From Alistipes sp. (GTDB taxonomy: Bacteria; Bacteroidota; Bacteroidia; Bacteroidales; Rikenellaceae), in NCBI GenBank assembly GCA_045655685.1, contig JAZOPR010000014.1, positions 75,471 to 139,470 of the forward strand: a DNA stretch of 64,000 nucleotides, given 5' to 3'. A model generated the notes under the pieces. It worked only from the letters and a program-made list of their open reading frames with translations. It did not search any database and was not told where the DNA came from. Positions 55,982 through 64,000 of the stretch are shown here, piece after piece. Numbering within the stretch: the stretch's first letter is position 1; every line of letters starts with the position of its first letter. The translations under genes were made by a program, and so were the position numbers.

Positions 55982-56521
55982 ATGGGAAATTTCAAGGAAG
56001 ATATTGCGCGCGTCAAGGCGTTCGTTTTCGATGTCGACGGCGTGTTCACCGATGGCGGAATTATGCCGCTGCCCGACGGTGATTTCATTCGCAAATACAA
56101 CGCTAAGGACGGCTATGCGCTGGTCTATGCCAACCGTATGGGCTACAAGGTCTGCATCATTACGGGCGGTCGCGGCGAGCTGTTGCGTCGTCGTTTTGCC
56201 TACTACAAAGTGACCCGATTCATCGACGGTTGTACCGACAAAATCGCTGAGTTAAAGCGATTTATGGCTGACGAGGAGCTGGATCCGTCGGAGGTGATAT
56301 TTATGGGCGACGACATTCCCGACTTGGAGTGTATGCGTGCCGTGGGTATCCCCGTGGCGCCTGCTGACGCCTGCTCGGAGATCATCGAGGCGGCTCGCTA
56401 CGTATCGGAGTTTGGCGGTGGTCGCGGCTGTGTGCGCGACATCATCGAGCAGACCCTCCGCGCGCAGGACAAGTGGGCCAAGAACTGCGAAGGCGTTGCC
56501 GGCGATGTGACTTCGGCGTAA
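55982..56521 (+). CDS. kdsC: KDO 8-phosphate phosphatase (HAD superfamily)
   Basis: 179 aa from MGNFKEDIARVKAFVFDVDGVFTDGG, which carries the DxDG motif. Also has IITGG and FMGDDIPD. Confidence 0.85.
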   Translation: MGNFKEDIARVKAFVFDVDGVFTDGGIMPLPDGDFIRKYNAKDGYALVYANRMGYKVCIITGGRGELLRRRFAYYKVTRFIDGCTDKIAELKRFMADEELDPSEVIFMGDDIPDLECMRAVGIPVAPADACSEIIEAARYVSEFGGGRGCVRDIIEQTLRAQDKWAKNCEGVAGDVTSA

Positions 56522-56569
56522 GCGCACATAAGTAAAAGCCAAAAAAGGCGATTCCCAATGGAAATTGTC

Positions 56570-56618
56570 CACCTTCGTGGGCTCGCCATTCGGGCGACCG
56601 CCCCAGCTCACGAAGGTG
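56570..56618 (-). repeat. Nested GC-hairpin element, CACCTTCG class, inverted orientation
   Basis: Arms CACCTTCGTGGGCT and AGCTCACGAAGGTG have one mismatch. The C-run lies on the 3' side, followed by the inverted module GCCCGCCATATGGC. Confidence 0.8.
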
Positions 56619-56642
56619 CCCGCCATATGGCTTCAAATAAAA

Positions 56643-56679
56643 ATCCGCACTCCTTATCGGGGGTGCGGATTGTTGTTTT
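56643..56679 (+). terminator. Rho-independent terminator of kdsC
   Basis: Stem ATCCGCAC/GTGCGGAT with a 12-nt loop, followed by TGTTGTTTT. Confidence 0.6.
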
Positions 56680-56938
56680 ACGGAACGGGATCATAACCAC
56701 TGCCGCCCCAGGGGTGACAACGGCATATACGTTTGATTGTCAGCCAACTGCCTTTGATCGGGCCATATTTGCGCAGGGCCTCGATGGCATATTGCGAGCA
56801 GGTGGGCGTATAGCGGCACGAGGGTGGCGTCAGTGGCGAGATGCACCTCTGATAGAATCGCACCAGGAGCAGCAACGGAGCCGCACAGACGCGCTTAAAG
56901 ATTGCTGACGATTTCGCCCAAAATTCGCTCGACGCCAT
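56678..56938 (-). CDS. yidD: Membrane protein insertion efficiency factor YidD
   Basis: 86 aa containing [31 protein letters not shown]. Overlaps the rnpA 3' end by 44 nt. Confidence 0.85.
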   Translation of the reverse strand: MASSEFWAKSSAIFKRVCAAPLLLLVRFYQRCISPLTPPSCRYTPTCSQYAIEALRKYGPIKGSWLTIKRICRCHPWGGSGYDPVP

Positions 56939-57275
56939 TGTTGATCGTTTTGTAGCTATGGATTTTCTTTGTGCTGTAAACCAGCGCGATATGCACTTTT
57001 CGACTGCCGGCTGCGGCGATCAATGCCGACTTGCCCAGACGGTACGACTCCTTGGCACGACGACGCACAAAGTGGCGCTTATTGGCACGTTTCAGGAATC
57101 GCTTGGGCACCGAAAACAACACCTCGACACCAGCCGTTTCGCCCTCGGCGCACTCGTCCACCAGCCAGATGTAGCGGAACGGATAGACGAACCCGCTGCG
57201 ACCCTCCTCGAAGAGTCGGCGAATCATTTTGAGCGAACGGAGTCGCTCGGCGCGGGTCAGGGTCTGTTCGGCCAT
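56895..57275 (-). CDS. rnpA: Ribonuclease P protein component
   Basis: About 126 aa from [12 protein letters not shown]. Basic, with [22 protein letters not shown] (the RNR-like motif). The rnpA-yidD order is conserved. Confidence 0.8.
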   Translation of the reverse strand: MAEQTLTRAERLRSLKMIRRLFEEGRSGFVYPFRYIWLVDECAEGETAGVEVLFSVPKRFLKRANKRHFVRRRAKESYRLGKSALIAAAGSRKVHIALVYSTKKIHSYKTINNGVERILGEIVSNL

Positions 57276-57352
57276 CGGCGGTTTTCGAAAAAAAGTCGGA
57301 GGTGGAAGTGCCACCACCGACTCATTGGTTAAATATCTCTACCTGAGGAGCT

Positions 57353-58357
57353 TTACTCAGCTTTGACCGTTGTGGTCTTCTTCGTTGTGCTCTTCGTGGT
57401 GGTTGTCTTTTTTGCGGCGGTTGCCTTGGTTGCTGCCTTTGCGGGAGCCTTCTTCGAAGCCTCCTTCTTGGTTGCGGTGCCCTTCTTTGCGGGGGCAGTA
57501 GCAGCGGCAGTTGCGCTCTTGCGAACACGGGTCTTCTTGGCCAGCTTCGCCTGCTGGGTGCGGATAAACTCCTCGTTGTTCTGGTCGTCGTGCAACTCAA
57601 CCGGTGCAACCTCCTCACCTGCGGCTAACTTGTTCAGATATATGTCGATAGCCTTGGTCATCGAGGGTGCTGCGGGGGTGGGTGCCATCACGTTGATGGT
57701 GATGCCTGCGGCAACGGCTGCACGAGCCGTAGCGTCGCCGAAGGTTGCCACGCGGGGCATCGGCTTATCCTCGTAGGCGTTCTTGAACGCCGCAACGTCC
57801 GAAGGCGAGTAGAGAGCCACCATATCGTACTCCGCGAGGGGCAGTTTCGACACGTCGGTCTGCACGGTCTTAGCCAGGATCACCTGATCGACATTGAGTT
57901 TCAGACGCTCCAAAGCCTCGGGCAATTCGGGCTTGTGGGGCTCACTCAATGCGAGCATATATTTCTCCTCTTTGTGCTTGATAATCAGTTCCAAGAAGTT
58001 GGTGAACGAGCCGTCAGCGAAGAAAATCTTACGCTTACGATAGACGATATACTTTTGCAGATAGAGTGCCACGGCCTCGGTCTGGCAGATATACTTCATT
58101 GTTTCGGGCACGGTGATTCGCGACTCCTCGCAGATGCGGAAGAAGCTATCGACCGTTGTACGGCTTGTGAAGATAACTGCGGTATGTGTCAGGATTTCGA
58201 CGCGCTGACCCATAAACTCTTTGAGGCTCACGCCTTGAACGCGGTTAAATGGGTTATAGTCGATGTCGACTTTGTGTTTGCGTACGATTTCGAAGAACGG
58301 TGATTTTTCAATAATAGCCGGTTGGGGCTGCGAAACCAAAATTTTCTTAATGCTCAT
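57353..58357 (-). CDS. Uroporphyrinogen-III synthase (HemD)-fold protein with a K/A/T-rich histone-H1-like C-terminal tail
   Basis: 334 aa. The first roughly 255 aa (KILVSQPQP...VIFTSRTTVDSFF) fit the HemD fold family. The last roughly 75 aa are AKK/TKK repeats. Confidence 0.7.
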   Translation of the reverse strand: MSIKKILVSQPQPAIIEKSPFFEIVRKHKVDIDYNPFNRVQGVSLKEFMGQRVEILTHTAVIFTSRTTVDSFFRICEESRITVPETMKYICQTEAVALYLQKYIVYRKRKIFFADGSFTNFLELIIKHKEEKYMLALSEPHKPELPEALERLKLNVDQVILAKTVQTDVSKLPLAEYDMVALYSPSDVAAFKNAYEDKPMPRVATFGDATARAAVAAGITINVMAPTPAAPSMTKAIDIYLNKLAAGEEVAPVELHDDQNNEEFIRTQQAKLAKKTRVRKSATAAATAPAKKGTATKKEASKKAPAKAATKATAAKKTTTTKSTTKKTTTVKAE

Positions 58358-58363
58358 CTCTAC

Positions 58364-59284
58364 TTAAAACTCTCTTATAGCCGTCAGAACTATCAGACTG
58401 ACAGGGAATAATTCGACGGTGCAAAGGTACAAAATCCAATGCAAAACAGAAATTTTTTTCGACACAAACAGGACAAAAGTTTCGTACAAAAAGACAAAAA
58501 ATATCGTAACTAACTCAGCTACAATGAGATATAAAAACACTTTTGATCGCCCAATTTCGCTCAAAGCATAGAGTAAAATCGTTGGAACAGAGCAAATTGT
58601 GAAGATTGCGAAGCAAATTTTGCGCAAACGCATCACTGCCAAGGTCACATCCGAGCACATCGCAACGCCTCCAATGATCCACAACATAGCCACTTGCATA
58701 GCGGTGATGACGATCGTCGCCAACAGCACCGAGGGTACCGCCACGGCATAGATCCACTGCGGTGCGACCACGCCACTTGCCAATGCGGGAGCAAGATCGG
58801 CGCCCTTGACCACCATAATTGCCACCATCAGCAGTCCCACGCCCACCGTGGTCGAGAAGAAACGACCATAGACGCTGCCCTGACCCGTCGTGATGATCTC
58901 GTCGGCGATCGCCTTGCGGTTGGTGAAGAGCTGCACGATGTCGCTACGGAAGCGATAGACGAGCAACACGTAGGCTACGAGCAACAGAATCACACACGAT
59001 TGGAACGCTCCCGCCGAGGTGAAGGGGCTGTTTGCGGGGGTGCGGTCGTGCAGACGCGGTGCGACGCTCTCGGTCAGCGTGCCATAGATCGCTGCCGCCT
59101 CGGCCGTCGCCACCGAGTCGCTCGGCACCACGCGATACATCACGCTGTCGGTCTGCACCAGAGCCTCGCCCAGGGCGTCGAAACCCAAAACCGAGGGCTG
59201 GTCGATGCCGCCATTGGCGTGCGCCCCAATTGTGTGCAGCTCCCTCGCGTGCGCGTTATTATATATGGTATCGTGTTGAGTCAC
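58364..59284 (-). CDS. DUF4271-like polytopic membrane protein
   Basis: 306 aa with about 6-7 TM helices in the C-terminal two-thirds. It sits upstream of the HemD-like gene, as is common in Bacteroidota. Confidence 0.55.
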   Translation of the reverse strand: MTQHDTIYNNAHARELHTIGAHANGGIDQPSVLGFDALGEALVQTDSVMYRVVPSDSVATAEAAAIYGTLTESVAPRLHDRTPANSPFTSAGAFQSCVILLLVAYVLLVYRFRSDIVQLFTNRKAIADEIITTGQGSVYGRFFSTTVGVGLLMVAIMVVKGADLAPALASGVVAPQWIYAVAVPSVLLATIVITAMQVAMLWIIGGVAMCSDVTLAVMRLRKICFAIFTICSVPTILLYALSEIGRSKVFLYLIVAELVTIFFVFLYETFVLFVSKKISVLHWILYLCTVELFPVSLIVLTAIREF

Positions 59285-59288
59285 TGTG

Positions 59289-60461
59289 TTATTCGAAAAT
59301 TCGTTTGAGGGTTATGCGGATTGTTGTGCCCTTGCCGATTTCCGAGTCGATCACCGCAATGCGACCCTTGTGGTACTCCTCGATGATGCGGCGGCTGAGC
59401 GACAGACCCAGACCCCAACCGCGTGTTTTGGTCGTGAAGCCGGGTTCGAAGATTCGCTTCCAATTGTTGCGGGCGATACCCTTGCCCGTGTCGCGCACAT
59501 CGACAAAGACGCTCTCCGAGTTCGACGAGATCGTGACGTTGATCGCGCCCTGACCTTGCAGTGCATCGAGCGAATTTTTGAGCAGATTCTCGACCACCCA
59601 CTCGAACAGTGCCGAGTTGATCATCGCCTGCACGGGTGCGGTCGCCAAGCCGTTGTAATCGAGCGTCACGTTGCGCGGGATACGGGTGCGGAAGTACATC
59701 ACACAGCCTCCCACAACCTCATTCACGTTGGCCGCAGCGAGAATGGTCTCCGAGCCGATTTTCGAGAAACGATCGACGATCTTCATCAGGTGCGTGAGGT
59801 CCTTATTCATCTCATCGACAGCCGTTTGGTCGACCTCCTGCGTACGTAGATACTCGATCCAGCCCAGCAGCGACGAGGTGGGTGTTCCGAGCTGGTGGGC
59901 GGTCTCCTTGGCCAGACCGATCCAGACGCGGTTCTGCTCGTCCTGCTTCGACGAACTGAACGCAATGTAGCCGAACAGAATGAAGATCACCACCACCAGC
60001 AACTGCACCAGCGGGAAGTAGTACAACGTGCGCAACAGACGCGACTCGCCGTAGAAGATATAGATGTTATCCTGCGAATTCCAGCGGTTGCGGATCACGA
60101 TCGGGCTATTTTTTTCGGTCAGCTGATCGATCTTTTCGCGCAGCAGGTCGGGGTGGTTGATGACCGACTGCGGGATCAGGTGCGATTCGAGCACACGCAG
60201 ATTGTTGTCGGTGATAATCAGGGGGATATTGTTGCGGCCCGAGATGATCTCCGACATCAGCGGATCCTCGGTCAGGAACATACTCGAACTGCCACTGCGC
60301 TCCATTGCCATCGCCCATATCTGCACATCGTGCTGCTCTTTCTCGCGGAGCGACTGCGCCATACGCGAGGTGAAAAACAACGACGCACAGGCCAATACAA
60401 GACCCAATACGATGACAACCATTCGGTTGCGGAACGTGAGCAGGCGGGTAAGGCGTTTCAT
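59289..60461 (-). CDS. Sensor histidine kinase (orphan; no response regulator in the window)
   Basis: 390 aa with two TM helices flanking a periplasmic loop. H-box ETAHQLGTPTSSL, N-box LLKNSLDA, G-boxes DTGKGI and GWGLGLSL. Confidence 0.85.
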   Translation of the reverse strand: MKRLTRLLTFRNRMVVIVLGLVLACASLFFTSRMAQSLREKEQHDVQIWAMAMERSGSSSMFLTEDPLMSEIISGRNNIPLIITDNNLRVLESHLIPQSVINHPDLLREKIDQLTEKNSPIVIRNRWNSQDNIYIFYGESRLLRTLYYFPLVQLLVVVIFILFGYIAFSSSKQDEQNRVWIGLAKETAHQLGTPTSSLLGWIEYLRTQEVDQTAVDEMNKDLTHLMKIVDRFSKIGSETILAAANVNEVVGGCVMYFRTRIPRNVTLDYNGLATAPVQAMINSALFEWVVENLLKNSLDALQGQGAINVTISSNSESVFVDVRDTGKGIARNNWKRIFEPGFTTKTRGWGLGLSLSRRIIEEYHKGRIAVIDSEIGKGTTIRITLKRIFE

Positions 60462-60494
60462 CTCTCTGTCGGGTTTGGGGGTGAGTTTCGGGGT

Positions 60495-62198
60495 TTATTC
60501 GTCGCGTTTGTGCTGGCGGGCGGTATCCTGCTCACGCAAAATACGGTTGTACTCTGCGCTGTTGCCGAGCAGTTCGACTGCCGCAGCCGCATCTTTGTCG
60601 TCTTGCAGGTTGTATTGCGCCACGCCCTCCGAGTAACGGTAGCGCAGAATGATCTGAGTGTTGATTGCATCGAATAGCTCCTCGCGGTGACGGCGCAGGT
60701 TGCTCTCCATATCGCCTTCGAGCGCGCGCTCCAAACGACGAATATCGGCCAGCACGGTCGAGTCGTGACGCTCCTGCTCGGCCGCACGACGCACCACATC
60801 GGCATACTGACTGCTCTGCGAGCGATACGAGGTCTTGCGGTCGCGCATCATCTCGACAAACTGCTCGAAATCTGAGTCCGAGATCGAGAATGTCGCGGGA
60901 TTCAGCTTTTGCAGACGCTCATCGTGCGCCTTTGCGTAGTCGTCGGCAAAGTCCTCGATGTGACCCTCGGCATAGAGCGTCATCACAAATCGCGTTGCAT
61001 ACTCCGCCTCGCGCTCCACGTCGGGCATCACACCACCGCCGTCATAGACCTTACGTCCGCCACGAGTCGCAAACTCGCGGATCAGCGAGTCGGGCACATA
61101 ATCGACCGAGCCGTCATCGTTGCGATGGGCGTAGTCGATAGCCTGAATACAGCGTCCGCTGGGCATATAGTATTTTGCGGTGGTCACCTTCAAGTAGTCG
61201 CCATAGCCCACCGAGCGGGTCGATTGCACCAGACCCTTGCCGAACGTGCGGCGACCCATCAGCACCGCGCGATCCATATCCTGCAACGCGCCCGCCACGA
61301 TCTCGGCCGCCGAAGCCGAGCCGCTATTGGTCAGCACGACAATCGGTAGTTGGGTGTCAATCGGCTCTTTGTCAGTGCGATACGTGTGGCTCATCTCCTC
61401 GGTGCGACCCTTCATTTCGAGCACCTTCGTGCCCTTGGGCAGGAACATCGACAGAATCTCGATCGCCTCCTGCACGATGCCGCCGCCATTGCCGCGATAG
61501 TCGAGCACCAGACCACGCAGGCGACCCGTCTCGCGCATCTTCATCAGCTCGCGGCGCAGATCGGCAGCACAGTCCTCGTTGAAGTCGCCGTGCGCGATGT
61601 AACCGATCGAGTCGTTCAACCAACCCGCATAGGTCACGCCCGAAATTGCAATTCGCTCGCGACGCAGCGAGAGCGTCATCACGCTGTCATCGACCAGTCG
61701 AGCCACCTTCAAACGGATCTCGGTGCCGGGGTCGCCTTTCAGGCGGTTGCTCACCTGCTCGGTGGTCATTCCCTTGGCCGATTCGCCGTCGATCTCGATG
61801 ATGCGGTCGCCGATTTTGATGCCTGCGCGATCGGCCGGACGACCCTTGTAGGGCTCGGCAAAACGCACATAATCACCCTTTTGGCGAATCAACGATCCCA
61901 CACCGCCATACTTGCCCGTGGTCATCATCTCGAACTCTTCGACCTCCTTCTCGGGCATATAGGCCGTGTAAGGGTCGAGTGTCGAGGTCATACCCTCGGC
62001 AGCATTTTTCATCAGTTCATTGGGGTCGGTCGGATCGACATAGAGCACGTGCAGTTCGCGCATCATATTGATCAGTACCTCGATGTTGCGACCTAGCGCA
62101 AAGTCGTTACGCGCCGAGGCCGTCAGCACCACCGCCACAGCCACGACCGCCACCGCCGCCGCAATGCGACGCACGATATGTTTAGAGTTCTTCGCCAT
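60495..62198 (-). CDS. S41-family C-terminal processing peptidase with a PDZ domain
   Basis: 567 aa with a signal anchor, a PDZ domain (GIKIGDRIIEIDG), the catalytic-serine region LTNSGSASAAEI, and a Lys region TFGKGLVQ. Confidence 0.85.
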   Translation of the reverse strand: MAKNSKHIVRRIAAAVAVVAVAVVLTASARNDFALGRNIEVLINMMRELHVLYVDPTDPNELMKNAAEGMTSTLDPYTAYMPEKEVEEFEMMTTGKYGGVGSLIRQKGDYVRFAEPYKGRPADRAGIKIGDRIIEIDGESAKGMTTEQVSNRLKGDPGTEIRLKVARLVDDSVMTLSLRRERIAISGVTYAGWLNDSIGYIAHGDFNEDCAADLRRELMKMRETGRLRGLVLDYRGNGGGIVQEAIEILSMFLPKGTKVLEMKGRTEEMSHTYRTDKEPIDTQLPIVVLTNSGSASAAEIVAGALQDMDRAVLMGRRTFGKGLVQSTRSVGYGDYLKVTTAKYYMPSGRCIQAIDYAHRNDDGSVDYVPDSLIREFATRGGRKVYDGGGVMPDVEREAEYATRFVMTLYAEGHIEDFADDYAKAHDERLQKLNPATFSISDSDFEQFVEMMRDRKTSYRSQSSQYADVVRRAAEQERHDSTVLADIRRLERALEGDMESNLRRHREELFDAINTQIILRYRYSEGVAQYNLQDDKDAAAAVELLGNSAEYNRILREQDTARQHKRDE

Positions 62199-62673
62199 TC
62201 TCTTTTCTCATATAAATTTCCGAGCGATAGATGACCTGCACCACCGCCGCGCGATGACCGCGGATCACCGTTCGATCGCCCTCCGACCACACCTCCAATT
62301 CGTCCTCCCACAGCAGTCGCGCACGACGCGACGGCGACGAGGCACGATACAGCAGCACACCCTCGCGCTCGCCCGTCAGTTCGAACTCGCAAGCCGTCAT
62401 CGCAGCGTCGACTCCCGCGCGGTTCTGCTCCAACGAGATGGGCAGCGAGCGGGTCATATATCCGAAGGCGGGGTAGGCCAACGCCAACAAAATCAGTACC
62501 GGCAACAACCATTTCGATCGCTCGTCGGCGCGCAACATCGCAATGTAATCCTCCACCGACATCGGTGTGCTCTCGAAGTAGTACGACAGCGCATAGAGCG
62601 CCACGATCAAAACGATCAGCAGCACGAAATATTTTACGGCTCGAATCAGATAACGGTCAGTTCTCATAATCAT
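62182..62673 (-). CDS. Hypothetical two-TM membrane protein
   Basis: 163 aa with helices YFVLLIVLIVALYALSYYF and WLLPVLILLALAYPAFGY. Its 3' end overlaps the peptidase start by 17 nt. Confidence 0.45.
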   Translation of the reverse strand: MIMRTDRYLIRAVKYFVLLIVLIVALYALSYYFESTPMSVEDYIAMLRADERSKWLLPVLILLALAYPAFGYMTRSLPISLEQNRAGVDAAMTACEFELTGEREGVLLYRASSPSRRARLLWEDELEVWSEGDRTVIRGHRAAVVQVIYRSEIYMRKENGEEL

Positions 62674-62692
62674 TTTTCTATTTATTCACACG

Positions 62693-62747
62693 CCATTTGG
62701 GCGGGTTTTGCTTTTTAATTTGTTTTAATTAATCCAAGTTCGGCGAC
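62693..62747 (+). repeat. Truncated composite element: GGGCGGGTTTTG module plus only the left arm of a CAAGTTCGG hairpin
   Basis: CCATTTGGGCGGGTTTTGCTTTTTAATTTG...AATCCAAGTTCGGCG parallels the junctions at 16496-16550 and the reverse complement of 30451-30500. The element stops 4 nt before the ispH stop codon. Confidence 0.65.
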
Positions 62748-62750
62748 AAA

Positions 62751-63614
62751 CTATAATTCTGAATTCTCAATATAGTCTGCCACACGTTGCATCAACCATT
62801 TCGGGGTTGAGGTCGCACCGCAAATGCCTACGGTCGCCGCCCCTGCGAGCCATTCGGGTTGCAGTTCCGAAGCCTCTTCGATGTTGTAACTCAGCGGGTT
62901 GGCTTTGCGACACACCTCGAACAGCACCTTGCCGTTCGAGCTCTTGCGACCACACACGAAGATCACTCGATCGACCGAACGGGCAAACTCCGAGAGTCGC
63001 TCCTCGCGCCCTGCCACCTGCCCGCAGATCGTATCGACCGCCTCGATCTGCTCGGGATCGGCGGCGCGGCTACGCATCACCTCCAAGATGTGCTCGAACA
63101 GCGCACGGCTCTGCGTGGTCTGCGACAGGAAGTAGATCGGACGCGCGAAATCGACCTCCGCCAGGTCGGCCTCATTCTCGACCACGATGGCACGACCCGC
63201 GACCTGACCCGTCAGTCCGACCACCTCGGCGTGGCCGTGCTTACCAAGTATAACCACCTGACCGCCAACCTCCTGCATCTGCTCGTAGGCGCGTTTGACC
63301 TTGCGTTGCAGAGCCGCCACCACGGGGCACGTAGCGTCGATCACCTCGATACCCAACTGCTCGGCACGAGCGTAGGTCGTCGGGGGCTCGCCGTGAGCTC
63401 GGATGAACAATCGACGACCGCCCAAGTGCTCCATATCCTCGTGCGAAACAGTCCGCAAACCAAGCTCTTCCAATCGTTGCACCTCGACACGATTGTGCAC
63501 GATATCGCCCAGCGAATAGACCGTACCGCCCTCCGCCAGAGCCTCCTCAGCTCGCGAAATGGCACGCACCACGCCGAAACAAAAACCCGAATTATCGTCG
63601 ATCAGTACCTTCAT
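62751..63614 (-). CDS. ispH: 4-hydroxy-3-methylbut-2-enyl diphosphate reductase
   Basis: 287 aa containing MKVLIDDNSGFCFGVVRAI, DATCPVV and GATSTPKW. Confidence 0.95.
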   Translation of the reverse strand: MKVLIDDNSGFCFGVVRAISRAEEALAEGGTVYSLGDIVHNRVEVQRLEELGLRTVSHEDMEHLGGRRLFIRAHGEPPTTYARAEQLGIEVIDATCPVVAALQRKVKRAYEQMQEVGGQVVILGKHGHAEVVGLTGQVAGRAIVVENEADLAEVDFARPIYFLSQTTQSRALFEHILEVMRSRAADPEQIEAVDTICGQVAGREERLSEFARSVDRVIFVCGRKSSNGKVLFEVCRKANPLSYNIEEASELQPEWLAGAATVGICGATSTPKWLMQRVADYIENSEL

Positions 63615-63639
63615 TTTTCTATCGTTTCTCTTTTTTTCG

Positions 63640-63713
63640 ATCCAAGTTCGGCGGCTGCGGGGGTCGGCCTTTGGCCGAGCCGCTGAACTTGGGCAGTTTC
63701 CGCAGAAACTGCC
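63640..63713 (+). repeat. Nested GC-hairpin element, CAAGTTC class, with mini-hairpin GGCAGTTTCCGCAGAAACTGCC; twin of 30389-30462
   Basis: Arms CAAGTTCGGCGGCT and AGCCGCTGAACTTG have one mismatch. Inner hairpin TCGGCC-TTTG-GCCGA. Confidence 0.85.
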
Positions 63714-63766
63714 ATTTATCTTCTCAACTCAAACCCAAAATCTTGAATTTTGAATTAAAACAAAGC

Positions 63767-64000
63767 CTACTCAAACAGCCCGCCAAACTTCTGGTCGAAC
63801 CAAACCATCTGGTCGTCGATGGTCATATAGCTGTTGTCCAGCACCACCGCATCGTCGGCCTTGCGCAGGGGGCTGATGGCACGATTCTGGTCGGCGATGT
63901 CGCGCGAACGCACATTCTCCTCGATCTCCGCGAGCGACACCTGCTCGCCCTTTGCGGTCAGCTCGTCGTAGCGACGCTGGGCACGCACCGCGGGGTCGGC
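63767..64000 (-). CDS. cmk: Cytidylate kinase, C-terminal part only (gene continues beyond the window end)
   Basis: The C-terminal sequence ...RRYDELTAKGEQVSLAEIEENVRSRDIADQNRAISPLRKADDAVVLDNS matches the Cmk family pattern. The reading frame is open to the window edge. Confidence 0.65.
   Translation of the reverse strand, partial: ADPAVRAQRRYDELTAKGEQVSLAEIEENVRSRDIADQNRAISPLRKADDAVVLDNSYMTIDDQMVWFDQKFGGLFE

Noticed and set aside
56895-56938. The 44-nt overlap between the rnpA 3' end and the yidD start as a sign of frameshift or pseudogenisation.
   Set aside because: Both reading frames are intact with family motifs. Overlap or tight coupling of rnpA and yidD is common, and yidD may use an internal non-ATG start that I cannot determine.
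5969-63713. The possibility that the recurring GC hairpins are CRISPR repeats or a dispersed CRISPR array.
   Set aside because: - Copies are single or paired, not regularly spaced.
- Their arms differ in sequence between copies.
- There are no uniform spacers and no cas genes are present.

Overview
High-GC chromosomal segment of about 60% GC from sampled lines. It appears to come from a Bacteroidota/Bacteroidales organism. That inference rests on gene content (MoxR-DUF58-VWA Bat-type aerotolerance operon, GlsA/GlsB-like lipid acyltransferase pair, DUF4271 and DUF4296 genes), repeated matches to the Bacteroides -7 promoter box TAnnTTTG, and the lack of Shine-Dalgarno sites.

The window is tightly packed with housekeeping genes on both strands:
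- the head of a dcw cluster (rsmH, ftsL-like, ftsI, murE start);
- pyrC-like, rsmG, an ECF sigma factor, comM/yifB, dnaB;
- a Bat operon;
- a UvrD/PcrA-type helicase, nth, dut, holB, folK, rbfA, a lolE-like permease, cstA;
- a TIGR01212 radical-SAM gene, priA, comF, recO, prmA, xerD, comEC, kdsC, yidD, rnpA;
- a hemD-like gene, a histidine kinase, an S41 peptidase, ispH, and the 3' end of cmk;
- two tRNAs, Leu-GAG and Thr-CGT.

Three short low-GC insertions interrupt this backbone:
1. An acyltransferase-3 cassette at 16.7-17.8 kb, bracketed by a 20-bp direct repeat that carries a promoter.
2. A single 790-aa gene at 38.5-40.9 kb, abutting the 3' end of tRNA-Thr. It fuses a SAM-methyltransferase head to a large unknown domain and a CorA/DUF155-like two-helix membrane tail. 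This is my best candidate for an undescribed system.
3. A 163-aa membrane-anchored ORF at 43.7-44.2 kb.

The intergenic regions are built from a modular set of repeats: nested GC hairpins with compensatory arm changes, 17-nt mini-hairpins, a GGGCGGGTTTTG module, a 33-nt TTGAAT-rich module, and near-identical 74-115 bp copies in inverted orientation.

Several core proteins carry unusual low-complexity tails. DnaB has an SSB-like Gly-rich linker ending in DDAPF. The HemD-like protein has a histone-H1-like K/A/T tail. UvrD carries YERR/RGG repeats.

All product calls come from reading motifs in the supplied translations. No database search was possible. The many long ORFs antisense to real genes are GC-driven artefacts.
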